From assembly GCA_964617355.1 (NCBI GenBank), contig CAZTXP010000119.1:2186-66185 (forward strand): a stretch of DNA of 64,000 bases, read 5' to 3'. This DNA is from an uncultured Enterobacteriaceae bacterium (lineage in GTDB: Bacteria; Pseudomonadota; Gammaproteobacteria; Burkholderiales; SG8-39). A program made the translations under genes and the position numbers. Below are positions 50,573-59,691 of the stretch, piece by piece (position 1 is the first letter of the stretch; every line of letters starts with the position of its first letter). A model generated the notes under the pieces. It worked only from the letters and a program-made list of their open reading frames with translations, was not told where the DNA came from and did not search any database.

Positions 50573-51535
50573 TTACTTCGGCGCGACGCCGAGGCGTTCG
50601 GCGAGCGCGCGGAAGCGCTCGATGTCGGAGCGGATCTGCGCCGCGAAGCGCTCGGGGGTCTCGCCGGAAGGCTCGAGGCTGAACTTCTGGAAGTCGGCCT
50701 GTCCCGCCGGACTCTGCAGGTACTTCGCGGCCTCGGCATGGATGCGATCCACCACCGGCTTCGGCGTACCGGCTGGCGCCACGAGGCCGTACCAGAACGC
50801 GGAGTCGAAGCCCGGCAGGCCGGCGTCGGAGAACTGGGGCACGGAGGGCATCGACGGCGTCGGCCTCGTCACGCCGTAGCCGCGCAGCTTGCCGGAATTG
50901 ACGAGCGAGGTGGACGCGCCGGGGTTGTCGAGGAACACCGAGACCTGCCCGTTCATCAGGTCAGGGTAGATCTGCGACGAGCCCTTGTAGGTGATGTCGG
51001 CCATCTCGGTGCCGGTCAGCGCCTTCCAGTGCAGCGAGAGGAGATATCCGAGTGTCGAGGTCCCCACGTTGGCGAAATTGAGCTTGCCGGGGTTGGCCTT
51101 CGCGTAGGCGACGAGTTCCTTCAGGTCCTTCGCCGGCAGCGCCGGGTTCGCCACCAGCACGTAGGAGGTCACGGCGACCATCGTCACCGGTTCGAAGCTC
51201 TTCAGGGGGTCGTAGGGCACGCCCTTCTGCAGCACCACCGAGGCAGGGTGCGTGCTCGAGGTGGCGATGCCGAGCGTGTAGCCGTCGGGTGCAGCCTTCG
51301 CGACCGCGTCCGCGCCGATGGTGCCGCCGGCGCCGGGACGGTTCTCGACGACCACCGGCTGGCCGAGGCCGTCGGCAAGCTTGGCGGCGATCGCGCGGCC
51401 GACGAGGTCGGTGCCGCCGCCGGCCGGGAAGGGCACGACCATGCGCAGGGGACGGGCGGGCCAGGCCTGCGCCGATGCGAGGGCAGGGAGCAGGGAAGCC
51501 GCCGCGAGGGCAGCGGCGAGGAGGCGGTGCTTCAT
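50573..51535 (-). CDS. Bug/TctC-family substrate-binding protein
   Basis: MKHRLLAAALAAASLLPALASA signal followed by AWPARPLRMVVPFPAGGGTD..APDGYTLGIA. ATGA overlap with the upstream aldolase gene. Confidence 0.9.
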   Translation of the reverse strand: MKHRLLAAALAAASLLPALASAQAWPARPLRMVVPFPAGGGTDLVGRAIAAKLADGLGQPVVVENRPGAGGTIGADAVAKAAPDGYTLGIATSSTHPASVVLQKGVPYDPLKSFEPVTMVAVTSYVLVANPALPAKDLKELVAYAKANPGKLNFANVGTSTLGYLLSLHWKALTGTEMADITYKGSSQIYPDLMNGQVSVFLDNPGASTSLVNSGKLRGYGVTRPTPSMPSVPQFSDAGLPGFDSAFWYGLVAPAGTPKPVVDRIHAEAAKYLQSPAGQADFQKFSLEPSGETPERFAAQIRSDIERFRALAERLGVAPK

Positions 51536-52275
51536 CGCTTCACCTGCGGGTACATCACGGCATCTCCGTGGCGATACATCCATTCCATTTCCTCCTGCGT
51601 CAGGGTCTCGTGCTTCACGCCGCGCGCCGCGCCGATGAGTTCCGCGAGGATGATGCGCTTCACTTCCGCGGCGAGGATGCACACGCGGTGGTAGCACTCC
51701 GACACCGTGCGCCCGAGCACCGTGAAGCCGTGGCGCTTCATCAGCACGCAGTTCGTGTCCTGGATGAAGGTCTTGATCGGCGCCACGTCGTTCTCGACGT
51801 TGATGTGCGCCGGCAGGAAGTGCGGCGGCTTCTGCATCAGGTAGGGAAACGTCAGGCCGAGGGGCTTGATCTCCTCGACGCCGGTCGAGAGCAGGGCCAC
51901 CGTCTCGTCGTGGTGCAGGTGGATCACGCAGTGGATGTCCGGCCTGAGGCGCAGCATCTCGCGGTTCATCTGGTGGCCGACCGTGGTGCCGCGGTCGCCG
52001 TGCAGCAGGCGTCCGGTGGGCACGTCGGTGATCACGAGGTCGTCGATCTCGATCTCCTCGAGCGACACGCCGTTGGGCTTCACGTAGCAGACGCCGTCGG
52101 GGTACTTCGGGTGCGGCGCGCGGATCGCCATGTTGCCCAGCGAGCTCTGGATGAAGCCGCGCCCGGCGAGCATGTGCGAGTACTTCACGTACTGCTCGCC
52201 GACCTTGCGGTCGAACGAGACGTCGGGGTCGGGCGTGACCTGGTTGACCTCGTACGTCATGCTGGCAACGGTCAT
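51532..52275 (-). CDS. class II aldolase/adducin-family protein
   Basis: GNMAIR..CVIHLHHDETVAL (metal His cluster)..MKRHGFTVLG. AAGGAG lies 7 nt before ATG 52275. Confidence 0.85.
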   Translation of the reverse strand: MTVASMTYEVNQVTPDPDVSFDRKVGEQYVKYSHMLAGRGFIQSSLGNMAIRAPHPKYPDGVCYVKPNGVSLEEIEIDDLVITDVPTGRLLHGDRGTTVGHQMNREMLRLRPDIHCVIHLHHDETVALLSTGVEEIKPLGLTFPYLMQKPPHFLPAHINVENDVAPIKTFIQDTNCVLMKRHGFTVLGRTVSECYHRVCILAAEVKRIILAELIGAARGVKHETLTQEEMEWMYRHGDAVMYPQVKR

Positions 52276-52324
52276 TTCCACACTCCTTGCGAGGGGGCGC
52301 GGGGGACGGCGGAACGTCCCACGC

Positions 52325-53386
52325 TCACTTTTGCTGGGCCGCCTTGATCACTTCCGCCGGGTCGAAGTTGTTCATCGCCGGCACCAGCGCGTTGGTGTAG
52401 AGCGCCGAGACGTCGATGTCCTTGGTCTGGATCTGGCCGCCGTCGAGCATGGCCTGCGCCATGTTCTCCCACGAGCCCTTCGGGAAGCTGCCCCAGCGCG
52501 GCAGCTCGCCGCGCGGGAACGCGAGGTACTTGTCGAAGCGGGCGGCGAGGATCCGCACGTTGTCGGCGAGGAGCTTCGCCTCGTCGCCGGGCGGCTTGGT
52601 GGACGGGTTGTGCTTCCAGAAGGCCTTCACGCACGCCGGGCGGTTGACGTTGCAGGCGACGATGCCCTTCGCCCAGGCGCGGCCGAACGCAGCGAGCGGG
52701 CCGGGCTTCGACTTCAGCGCGTCGGCGTGCGCCACCAGGCCGTTGGAGAAGAGATCCAGGTACTTCGGCGGCATCTTCAGGCGCCGGATCGGCGTGCCCT
52801 GCACCTCTAGCGTCTCGTGCAGGGTGTCGAAGAGGTTCAGCGCGTCGACGCGGCGCTCGCGCAGCGCGAGGAAGGCCGGGGCGCCGAGGCCCGTGGGCAC
52901 CAGCTCCAGGTCCCGGCCGACCTCTACGCCGAGTTCCTTGAACATCGCGCGCGTCAGCGGGATGTTGCCGAAAGTCAGCGCGCCGACGCCGAGCTTCCTG
53001 CCCTTCAGGTCGGCGAGCGTCTTCGCAGGGTGGTCGGCGAGGACCGCGAACTCCCAGACGTTCTCGCGGATCAGGTTGAAGTAGAACGCGAGCGGCAGCG
53101 GGTCCTTGCCCGGCTGGCGCGAGATGATCAGCGGGTCCGGGTTGGGGAAGCCGACGTGCACGCGCCCGTTCACGAGTTGCGGCAGCAGCACCGCGGTGCC
53201 GCCCTGGAACACCACCACCTCGACGTCGAGCTTTTCTTCTGCCCAGTAGCCGAGCTCCTTCGCCATGTAGAGCGGCGCGTGCGCGACCGCGATGCTCGAC
53301 ACGAGGCCGAAGACGAGCTTTTGCTGCGCCGCGGCCGGTGCGGCGAGCCCGAGCGCGAGGAGGACTCCCGCCAGTGCGCGACGCAT
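52325..53386 (-). CDS. ABC transporter substrate-binding protein (NMT1/SsuA-like), paralog 2
   Basis: MRRALAGVLLALGLAAPAAA signal. Collinear with the upstream paralog (QQKLVFG..GFPNPDPLI.SRQPGKDPLP..GVGALTFGN.P.TRAMFKELGV). TGATG overlap. Confidence 0.85.
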   Translation of the reverse strand: MRRALAGVLLALGLAAPAAAQQKLVFGLVSSIAVAHAPLYMAKELGYWAEEKLDVEVVVFQGGTAVLLPQLVNGRVHVGFPNPDPLIISRQPGKDPLPLAFYFNLIRENVWEFAVLADHPAKTLADLKGRKLGVGALTFGNIPLTRAMFKELGVEVGRDLELVPTGLGAPAFLALRERRVDALNLFDTLHETLEVQGTPIRRLKMPPKYLDLFSNGLVAHADALKSKPGPLAAFGRAWAKGIVACNVNRPACVKAFWKHNPSTKPPGDEAKLLADNVRILAARFDKYLAFPRGELPRWGSFPKGSWENMAQAMLDGGQIQTKDIDVSALYTNALVPAMNNFDPAEVIKAAQQK

Positions 53387-54438
53387 CAGTTCGTCGCTTT
53401 CGCGCGCGCGACGACCGCTGCGGCGTCGAAGCGGCTCATCTCGGGCACCAGCGCATTGGTGTAGCAGGTCTCGACCGGCACGTCCTTGGTCGCCAGTTGC
53501 CCGCCCTCGAACAGCGTGACCGCGAAGTCCTTCCACGCCTGCGCCGGGAACTCGCCCCAGCGGCGCTCCTTCGCGCCGTCGAAATCAAGGTACTTGTCGA
53601 AGCGCGCGGCCATGATCTTGACGCCGTCGGCGACGGCCTTCGCCTCGTCCACGCCGGTCGGCTTCTGGTTCGGGTAGGCGGCCCAGAATGCGCGCACGCA
53701 CGCGGCGCGGTTCGCCTCGCAGAACACCGAGGTCTTCGCGATCGCGCGGCCGAAGCCGACCAGCGCCTTCGGGTTGTCGCGGATCGTGTCCTCGTGGGCG
53801 ACGAAGCCATTCGAAAACAAGGACTGGTACTTCTTCGGCATGCCGAGGCGCCGGATCGCGGTGCCCTGCACCTCGAGGGTGGCGTGCTGCGAGTCGAAGA
53901 GGTTGAGGCCATCCACCTTCTTCTCGCGGAAGGCGAGGAAGGCGGGAGCGCCGACGCCGACCGGCACCAGCTCGACGTTCACGCCCAGTTCCTTGAACAT
54001 CGCGCGCGTGATCGGCACGTTGCCGAAGGTGAGTGCGCCGATGCCGAGCTTCTTGCCGTTCAGGTCCTTCAAGTCCTTGATCGGCGAGTCGGCGGGCACG
54101 ACGAACTCCCAGGCCGACTCGCGGGTCGCGTTGTAGAAGTACTTGATCGGCAGCGGGTCCTTGCCGGGCTGGCGCGACAGGATCAGCACGTCCGGGTTCG
54201 GGTAGCCGACGTGCACGCGCTTGGCGGTCATCTGCGGCAGCAGCGTGGCCGTGCCGTTGAACTCGACGATGTCGACGTCCAGCCCCTCCTCCTTGAAGTA
54301 GCCCAGCTGCTTCGCGGCGACGATGATGCCGAGGGACAGCGTCACCGTGGTCACGGTGCCGAACACCAGCTTCTGCTGCGCGTGGGCGGGGGCCGCCGCG
54401 AACGCGGCGGCGAGGAGGACGGGGGCGAGACGTTTCAT
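53386..54438 (-). CDS. ABC transporter substrate-binding protein (NMT1/SsuA-like), paralog 1
   Basis: MKRLAPVLLAAAFAAAPAHA signal. 350 aa. Tandem duplicate of the next gene. Confidence 0.85.
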   Translation of the reverse strand: MKRLAPVLLAAAFAAAPAHAQQKLVFGTVTTVTLSLGIIVAAKQLGYFKEEGLDVDIVEFNGTATLLPQMTAKRVHVGYPNPDVLILSRQPGKDPLPIKYFYNATRESAWEFVVPADSPIKDLKDLNGKKLGIGALTFGNVPITRAMFKELGVNVELVPVGVGAPAFLAFREKKVDGLNLFDSQHATLEVQGTAIRRLGMPKKYQSLFSNGFVAHEDTIRDNPKALVGFGRAIAKTSVFCEANRAACVRAFWAAYPNQKPTGVDEAKAVADGVKIMAARFDKYLDFDGAKERRWGEFPAQAWKDFAVTLFEGGQLATKDVPVETCYTNALVPEMSRFDAAAVVARAKATN

Positions 54439-54445
54439 GGCGGGT

Positions 54446-54877
54446 TCAGCCTTTCTGGCCGGCGTAGGTGCCGCGGCCGATGGCGACGAGCCGATCCTGC
54501 TCGTCGAACACGTCGATGTCGATGATCGCCACCGTCTTGCCGGCGCGGCGCACGCGCGCCGTGCCCTTCAGCATCGGGCCGGTGGCCGGGCGCAGGTAGT
54601 CGATGCGCAGGTTCATCGTCGGCACGCCGCCGCCGACCATCATGCCGATGGCGAAGTCGCCGACGACGTCGATGAACGAGGCGAGCGGGCCGCCGTGGAA
54701 CTGCTGCGTGCCCTTCCGGCGCTCGACTTCCGGGCGCAGCGGCATGGTCGCCGAGAACTCCATCTTCTCGTAGTCGACCGCGGTGCCGCGCATGCCGAGG
54801 AAGGCGATGAACGGCGAGACCGAGAAAATCTCGTTGATCTTCTCGAGCGTGAGGCGTTCCGGTTGCGCGTCGCTCAT
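54446..54877 (-). CDS. PaaI-family (hotdog) thioesterase
   Basis: 143 aa. QQFHGGPLASFIDVVGDFAIG..ARVRRAGKTVAIIDIDVFDE is a typical PaaI/4HBT-II pattern. Confidence 0.85.
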   Translation of the reverse strand: MSDAQPERLTLEKINEIFSVSPFIAFLGMRGTAVDYEKMEFSATMPLRPEVERRKGTQQFHGGPLASFIDVVGDFAIGMMVGGGVPTMNLRIDYLRPATGPMLKGTARVRRAGKTVAIIDIDVFDEQDRLVAIGRGTYAGQKG

Positions 54878-55887
54878 GGCTTCACCACCACTTTGCCGAA
54901 CACTTCACGGTCTTCCAGCAGCCGGAAAGCCTCGTTCGCCTCCTCCAGCCCGAAGGTCCGGTCGATCACGGGCTTGAGGCGCCCGGCCTGGATCAGCTCG
55001 ATCAGCGTGATCAGGTCCTCGCGCATCCAGCCGTTGGAGCCCAGCACGCGCAGCTCGAAGGTCCAGATGAAGCGGATGTCCTCGACCGGGTCGAAGCCCG
55101 CGGTCGCGCCGCAGGTGAGCAGGCGCCCCTGGCGGTGCAGCGCCTTCATCGACTTCACCCACGTGTCGCCGCCGGTGAAGTTGACCACCACGTCGACGCC
55201 GCCGGTGAAGCGGCGGCGGTGGGGCTTCTCGTACTTGGCGTAGACCCACTTCACGAAGTCTTCCTTCGTGTAGTCGATCAGGTGGTCGGCGCCGAGCTGC
55301 TTCAGGCGCTCAAGCTTCGCGGGCGTCGACGCGCAGGCGATCACTTCCGCGTCGACCAGCTTGGCGAGCTGCACGCAGCAGGTGCCGACACCGCCGGAGG
55401 CGCCGAGGATCAGCACCTTCTCGCCCTTCTTCACCTCGCCGATGGTGTACATCATGCGCAGCGCCGTGCCGTAGGCCACCGGCAGGCAGGCCGCGGCCTC
55501 GTAGGACACGTCGTCGGGCAGCTTGACGAGGTTCTGGTCCGGCACCGCGCAGTATTCGGCGAGGCCGCCCGGGCGCAGTTCGCCGATCAGGCCGCCGGAG
55601 GGCAGGTGGCGGATCACCGGGTCGATCATCACTCGATCGCCCTTGTGCCAGCCCTTCACGTCCTTGCCGAGCTCGACGATCTCGCCGGCGAAGTCGAGGC
55701 CCGCGATGCACGGCATCGGCACCTTGATGCCGGGCATGCCCTTGCGCGTGAAGATGTCGTGGTAGTTCAGCGTCGCGGCGCCGACCTTGACGATGACCTC
55801 GTCGTCGAGCGGCTTCGGATCCGGCCAGTTGGTCTCGTACTTGATGCATCCGGGACCGCCGTGTTCGTGGATGACGGCTGCTCTCAT
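54874..55887 (-). CDS. medium-chain dehydrogenase/reductase (zinc-type ADH / quinone oxidoreductase family)
   Basis: GAATLNYHD..GLDFAGEIVELG..VLILGASGGVGTCCVQLAK (GxGxxG). ATGA overlap with the thioesterase gene. Confidence 0.9.
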   Translation of the reverse strand: MRAAVIHEHGGPGCIKYETNWPDPKPLDDEVIVKVGAATLNYHDIFTRKGMPGIKVPMPCIAGLDFAGEIVELGKDVKGWHKGDRVMIDPVIRHLPSGGLIGELRPGGLAEYCAVPDQNLVKLPDDVSYEAAACLPVAYGTALRMMYTIGEVKKGEKVLILGASGGVGTCCVQLAKLVDAEVIACASTPAKLERLKQLGADHLIDYTKEDFVKWVYAKYEKPHRRRFTGGVDVVVNFTGGDTWVKSMKALHRQGRLLTCGATAGFDPVEDIRFIWTFELRVLGSNGWMREDLITLIELIQAGRLKPVIDRTFGLEEANEAFRLLEDREVFGKVVVKP

Positions 55888-55890
55888 GAA

Positions 55891-56730
55891 TCAGTTCCTC
55901 TCGAAGAAGCGGATGGCCGAACCGCAGGCATGGTCCGGGGACACCCAGACCGCGCCCTGGTCCTCGACCACGGGGATGCCCTGCGACGCGAGATGCGCGC
56001 GGGTGCGGGACAGCGAATTTACCCGAACGCCGAAGGCGACCGGGGACGGCAAGGGCGGCAGCGGCCGGAACGGCCACTCGCCGGGCGCGACGACGCGAAA
56101 GCGCCCGCGCACGGGGGAGGGGAATACCGGCTCGAGGCGCGCGCGCGTCGCGGCGGCGTCCTCGGAGCAGAACCACGCTTCCTCCATGGCGACCGCGCCA
56201 TTCGCGTGCTCGAGCAGGTGCGGCTGCCAGATCACGTCGCGCGTCAGGTGCTGGATGTAGAGGAATCGCGCCTCGGTGTACTTCTCGCGATCGAGGTAGC
56301 AGTTGCGGAATTTCGCGCGGCGGACTTCCTCGTCCCTGGGGCCGAAAGTCGCGTCTCGTTCGAGGGACCGTGGCGCCTCGACCGGGACGCCTTTCGCGAG
56401 CAGTTCCTCTCGCACGGCGTCGACGGTGACGTTCGTTCCCGGAGGCGACACACCGATGGCGACGATGTGCAGGCCCTCGTAGCGCTCCACCATCGGCTTC
56501 ACCGAGCTGTAGGTGTCCGGGTCGGTCAGGCCGATGATCTCGAGGTAGCCCTCGCGGAACATCGCGCAGTGGTTGCCCGAGCCCCAGACCTCGACCGGCC
56601 CGCCGGGCACGCGCGAGCCGGAGTGGATGCTGCGCGCGGCGAGCGTGAAGCCGAGCTTCGAGTACGCGTCGCGGCCGCGGTCGAGGCTCCTGACCGCGAC
56701 GCCGACGTGGTCCAGTTCAAGCGTGAGCAT
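55891..56730 (-). CDS. two-domain VOC (glyoxalase/dioxygenase) family protein, paralog B
   Basis: LDHVGVAVRSLDRGRDAYSKLGFTL..NHCAMFREGYLEIIG. Collinear with the upstream paralog. Confidence 0.8.
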   Translation of the reverse strand: MLTLELDHVGVAVRSLDRGRDAYSKLGFTLAARSIHSGSRVPGGPVEVWGSGNHCAMFREGYLEIIGLTDPDTYSSVKPMVERYEGLHIVAIGVSPPGTNVTVDAVREELLAKGVPVEAPRSLERDATFGPRDEEVRRAKFRNCYLDREKYTEARFLYIQHLTRDVIWQPHLLEHANGAVAMEEAWFCSEDAAATRARLEPVFPSPVRGRFRVVAPGEWPFRPLPPLPSPVAFGVRVNSLSRTRAHLASQGIPVVEDQGAVWVSPDHACGSAIRFFERN

Positions 56731-57517
56731 GGGGCACCATCCTGAGGACGAATCCGTTGGTGCTCGCCGGGCCGACCCAGAGGTCGGCGCCGTTGCGATG
56801 CACCTCGATGCCCCGAGTTTCCATCAATCGCGCCGCCGCCTCCAAGTCGGAGAACGAAACGGTCACCGCAGCGAATGCGGGCGCCGCCGGCGCCCAGCCG
56901 TAGCGCCCGGCGAACGCGGCGGGCGAGGCGGCCTGCGCGATGCCCTCGAGCGCCGAGATGCGCGCCATGACGGCGGGGTCGTCGGTCACCACGGTGACGT
57001 CCTCCAGCGCGCGCGCGCCGTTCTCGTGCCTGGTCAGCGCAGGCTGCCAGAGGTATTCCGGCGTCTGGTGCTCGATCACGATCCATCGGCCCTCGGGGCA
57101 GGCATCGTCGCGCGAGAAGATGTTGCGGAAGCGCATGACGCGCGGCGCGCCGTCGACCAGCAGCGGCCGCTCGCGCGCCACCGGCGGGGACAGGAACGGC
57201 GCCTTCGGCGCGAGCAGCTCCCATGCGTCGTCGGCGTGCGCGCAGCGCAGCGCGAGCAGGTGCATGCCCTCGAAGCGGGCGAGGAACTTCGCCCACGGGT
57301 TGTGCGCGGCGGGGTCGACCAGGCCGATCAGTTCAAGGTAGCCGCGTTCGAAGATCGCGCAACGGTTCGCGCTCGCCCACGGCTGCATGCCCTCCTGCCC
57401 CGGCACCGCGCCGCGCTGGCGCGACACCGGCGACAGCGTGAAGCCGAGCGCCTCCCAGCGCGCGGCGCCGGCGGCGAGGTCGCGGACGATCGTCCCGGTG
57501 TGGTCTAGCGACAGCAT
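56717..57517 (-). CDS. two-domain VOC (glyoxalase/dioxygenase) family protein, paralog A
   Basis: LDHTGTIVRDLAAGAARWEALGFTL..NRCAIFERGYLELIG. The 3' end overlaps the next gene by 14 nt. Confidence 0.8.
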   Translation of the reverse strand: MLSLDHTGTIVRDLAAGAARWEALGFTLSPVSRQRGAVPGQEGMQPWASANRCAIFERGYLELIGLVDPAAHNPWAKFLARFEGMHLLALRCAHADDAWELLAPKAPFLSPPVARERPLLVDGAPRVMRFRNIFSRDDACPEGRWIVIEHQTPEYLWQPALTRHENGARALEDVTVVTDDPAVMARISALEGIAQAASPAAFAGRYGWAPAAPAFAAVTVSFSDLEAAARLMETRGIEVHRNGADLWVGPASTNGFVLRMVPHAHA

Positions 57518-57524
57518 CGGCGGC

Positions 57525-59018
57525 TCAGGCGGTGGCCGCGAGCTGTTCCAGCGCGATAGCCTTCAGCGCCTTGCGATCCACCTTGTTGGTGCCCGCGAGC
57601 GGCAGCTCCTTCATGAAGGTCACGCGGCGCGGGTGCTGGTAGGGCGGCGCGTTCGCGAGCGCGTACTGCTTGACCGCGTCTTCGGTGAGCGAGGCGCCGG
57701 CCTTCAGCACGATGAACGCCACCGGCTTCTCGCCCTTCAGTTCGTCGGGTACCGGCACGACGCACGATTGCAGGACGTCCGGGTGGCGCTCGAGCATCTG
57801 CTCGACCTCGCCCGGATAGATGTTCTCGCCGCCGCAGTTGAACATGTCGTCGTCGCGGCCGACGAAGGTGTAGGCGCCCGAGGCGTCGCGCCGGAAGACG
57901 TCGCCGGAGATGTACCAGCCATCCGGCGTCAGTACCTCGCGCGTCTTTTCCGGAAGGTTCAGGTAGCCCTTCATGGTCGCGGGCGTGCGCTGCCAGAGGA
58001 CGCCCTCGTCGGTGTCCTTGCCGTCCTTGTCGACGAGGCGCACGTCGACACCGGGCAGCGGCCAGCCGAGCGCCATGTCGGGCTTCGACTTGCCGGGCGC
58101 CGGGCCGAACACCACGGGGCCCGCCTCGGTGGTGCCATAGGCGTTCGACACCACGGCATTGGGGAAATACGAGCGGATGTCGTCGATCAGCTTCTGGCTG
58201 GTGGGCGCCGAGCCCATGCGCACGTAGTGCACCCTCGAGAGGTCGGTGCGCGCGAGCGTTTCCTTCTCGCGCACCACCATCGCCAGCATCGTCGGCACCG
58301 AGGTGAGCCACGTGACGCCGAATCGGCCGATCGCCTCGACGTAGCGCTTCGCGTCGAACTGCGGCATCAGCACCATCGAGGCCTGCGCCGCGAAGATGAA
58401 CTTCGAGGTGCCGAGCGCGTTCATGTGGAAGAGCGGCGCGGCGACGATCAGGCGCTCGTCCTGCAAGGACTGGCCGCCGCGCAGCCGGGACTCGACCGCC
58501 CAGAGGTGGCCCTGGTGCGACAGCGGCACGCCCTTGGGACGCCCGGTGGAGCCGGAGGTGTAGAGGATCATCGCGACCTCGTCGGGCACCGGCTGCACGG
58601 TGGCGAAGTCGCCGCGATCGAGGAACGCTTCCCAGTCGGGTCCGTATTCCACCGCCGGCATCCCGGCGGGCAGCAGGCCGCGGCGCTCGTGGTCGCAGAA
58701 GGCGAGCTTCGTCGCCGAGTCCTCGAGCACGAAGGCGATGGTGTCGCGCGGGAACTTGTGGTTCACCGGCACCGCCACCATGCCGGCGCGCATGATGCCG
58801 AAGTAGGCGGCGAGGAACTCGGCGCGGTTCGCCGAGAGGATCGCCACCGCATCGCCGCGCTTCAGGCCGCGGCGCACGAGGCCGCGGGCGACCGCCTTCG
58901 CCAGGCGGTCCATCTCGCCGTGCGTGACGGTGCGCGGCAGGGTCCAGTCGAGGCAGTCGATGACCGCCGTGGTGTCCTCCGCTTCGGGGCGGAAGTAGTC
59001 GCCGAGGTTCGTGAACAT
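57525..59018 (-). CDS. AMP-dependent acyl-CoA synthetase/ligase
   Basis: ATG 59018 (M81 of the track ORF). LYTSGSTGRPKG, YGTTE, GWYISGDV..GRDDDMFNCGGENIYP. Confidence 0.9.
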   Translation of the reverse strand: MFTNLGDYFRPEAEDTTAVIDCLDWTLPRTVTHGEMDRLAKAVARGLVRRGLKRGDAVAILSANRAEFLAAYFGIMRAGMVAVPVNHKFPRDTIAFVLEDSATKLAFCDHERRGLLPAGMPAVEYGPDWEAFLDRGDFATVQPVPDEVAMILYTSGSTGRPKGVPLSHQGHLWAVESRLRGGQSLQDERLIVAAPLFHMNALGTSKFIFAAQASMVLMPQFDAKRYVEAIGRFGVTWLTSVPTMLAMVVREKETLARTDLSRVHYVRMGSAPTSQKLIDDIRSYFPNAVVSNAYGTTEAGPVVFGPAPGKSKPDMALGWPLPGVDVRLVDKDGKDTDEGVLWQRTPATMKGYLNLPEKTREVLTPDGWYISGDVFRRDASGAYTFVGRDDDMFNCGGENIYPGEVEQMLERHPDVLQSCVVPVPDELKGEKPVAFIVLKAGASLTEDAVKQYALANAPPYQHPRRVTFMKELPLAGTNKVDRKALKAIALEQLAATA

Positions 59019-59070
59019 GAAGAGCGAAAGGGTAGCCGAATTCCGCGTCGGATGTTGTACGCTCCGCCGC

Positions 59071-59691
59071 ATGAAGAAACCTGTTTCACGCCGAGGCCGA
59101 TCGAAACGGCTGATCGTCGGCATTTCCGGCGCCACGGGTGCCGTCTTCGGCGTGCGCCTGCTCCAAGCGATTTCCGCCGAGCCCGGCTGGGAAGCGCACC
59201 TCGTGCTCACCGACGCCGGCGTGCTGAACGCGCACCAGGAGCTCGGCATGACCCGCAAGGCGGTCGAGGGCCTCGCCGAGGTGCACTACCACCCGAAGGA
59301 CATCGGCGCCGCGATCGCCAGCGGCTCCTTCCTCACCGAGGGCATGATCATCGCGCCCTGCTCGATGAAGACGCTGGCGGCGGTGGCGCACGCGCATGCC
59401 GACGACCTCATCTCCCGCGCCGCCGACGTGGTGCTGAAGGAGCGCCGGCGCCTGGTCATCCTGCCGCGCGAGGCGCCGTTCAACCTTGCGCACCTGCGCA
59501 ACATGGTGGCGGTGGCCGAGATGGGCGGCATCGTGTTCCCGCCGGTGGGCGCGTTCTACTCCAAGCCGAAGACGATCGCGCAGCTGGTGGACCACACGGT
59601 ACACCGCGTGCTCGACCTCTTCGGCATCCACTCCCCCACGCTCGCGCGCTGGCGCGGCATGGGCAAGCCCGTGACGCGAGACGACGAATGA
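59071..59691 (+). CDS. ubiX: flavin prenyltransferase UbiX
   Basis: KRLIVGISGATGAVFGVRLLQ..ASGSF..MIIAPCSMKTLAAVAHA..DLISRAADVVLKERR.LV is collinear with E. coli UbiX. Confidence 0.9.
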   Translation: MKKPVSRRGRSKRLIVGISGATGAVFGVRLLQAISAEPGWEAHLVLTDAGVLNAHQELGMTRKAVEGLAEVHYHPKDIGAAIASGSFLTEGMIIAPCSMKTLAAVAHAHADDLISRAADVVLKERRRLVILPREAPFNLAHLRNMVAVAEMGGIVFPPVGAFYSKPKTIAQLVDHTVHRVLDLFGIHSPTLARWRGMGKPVTRDDE

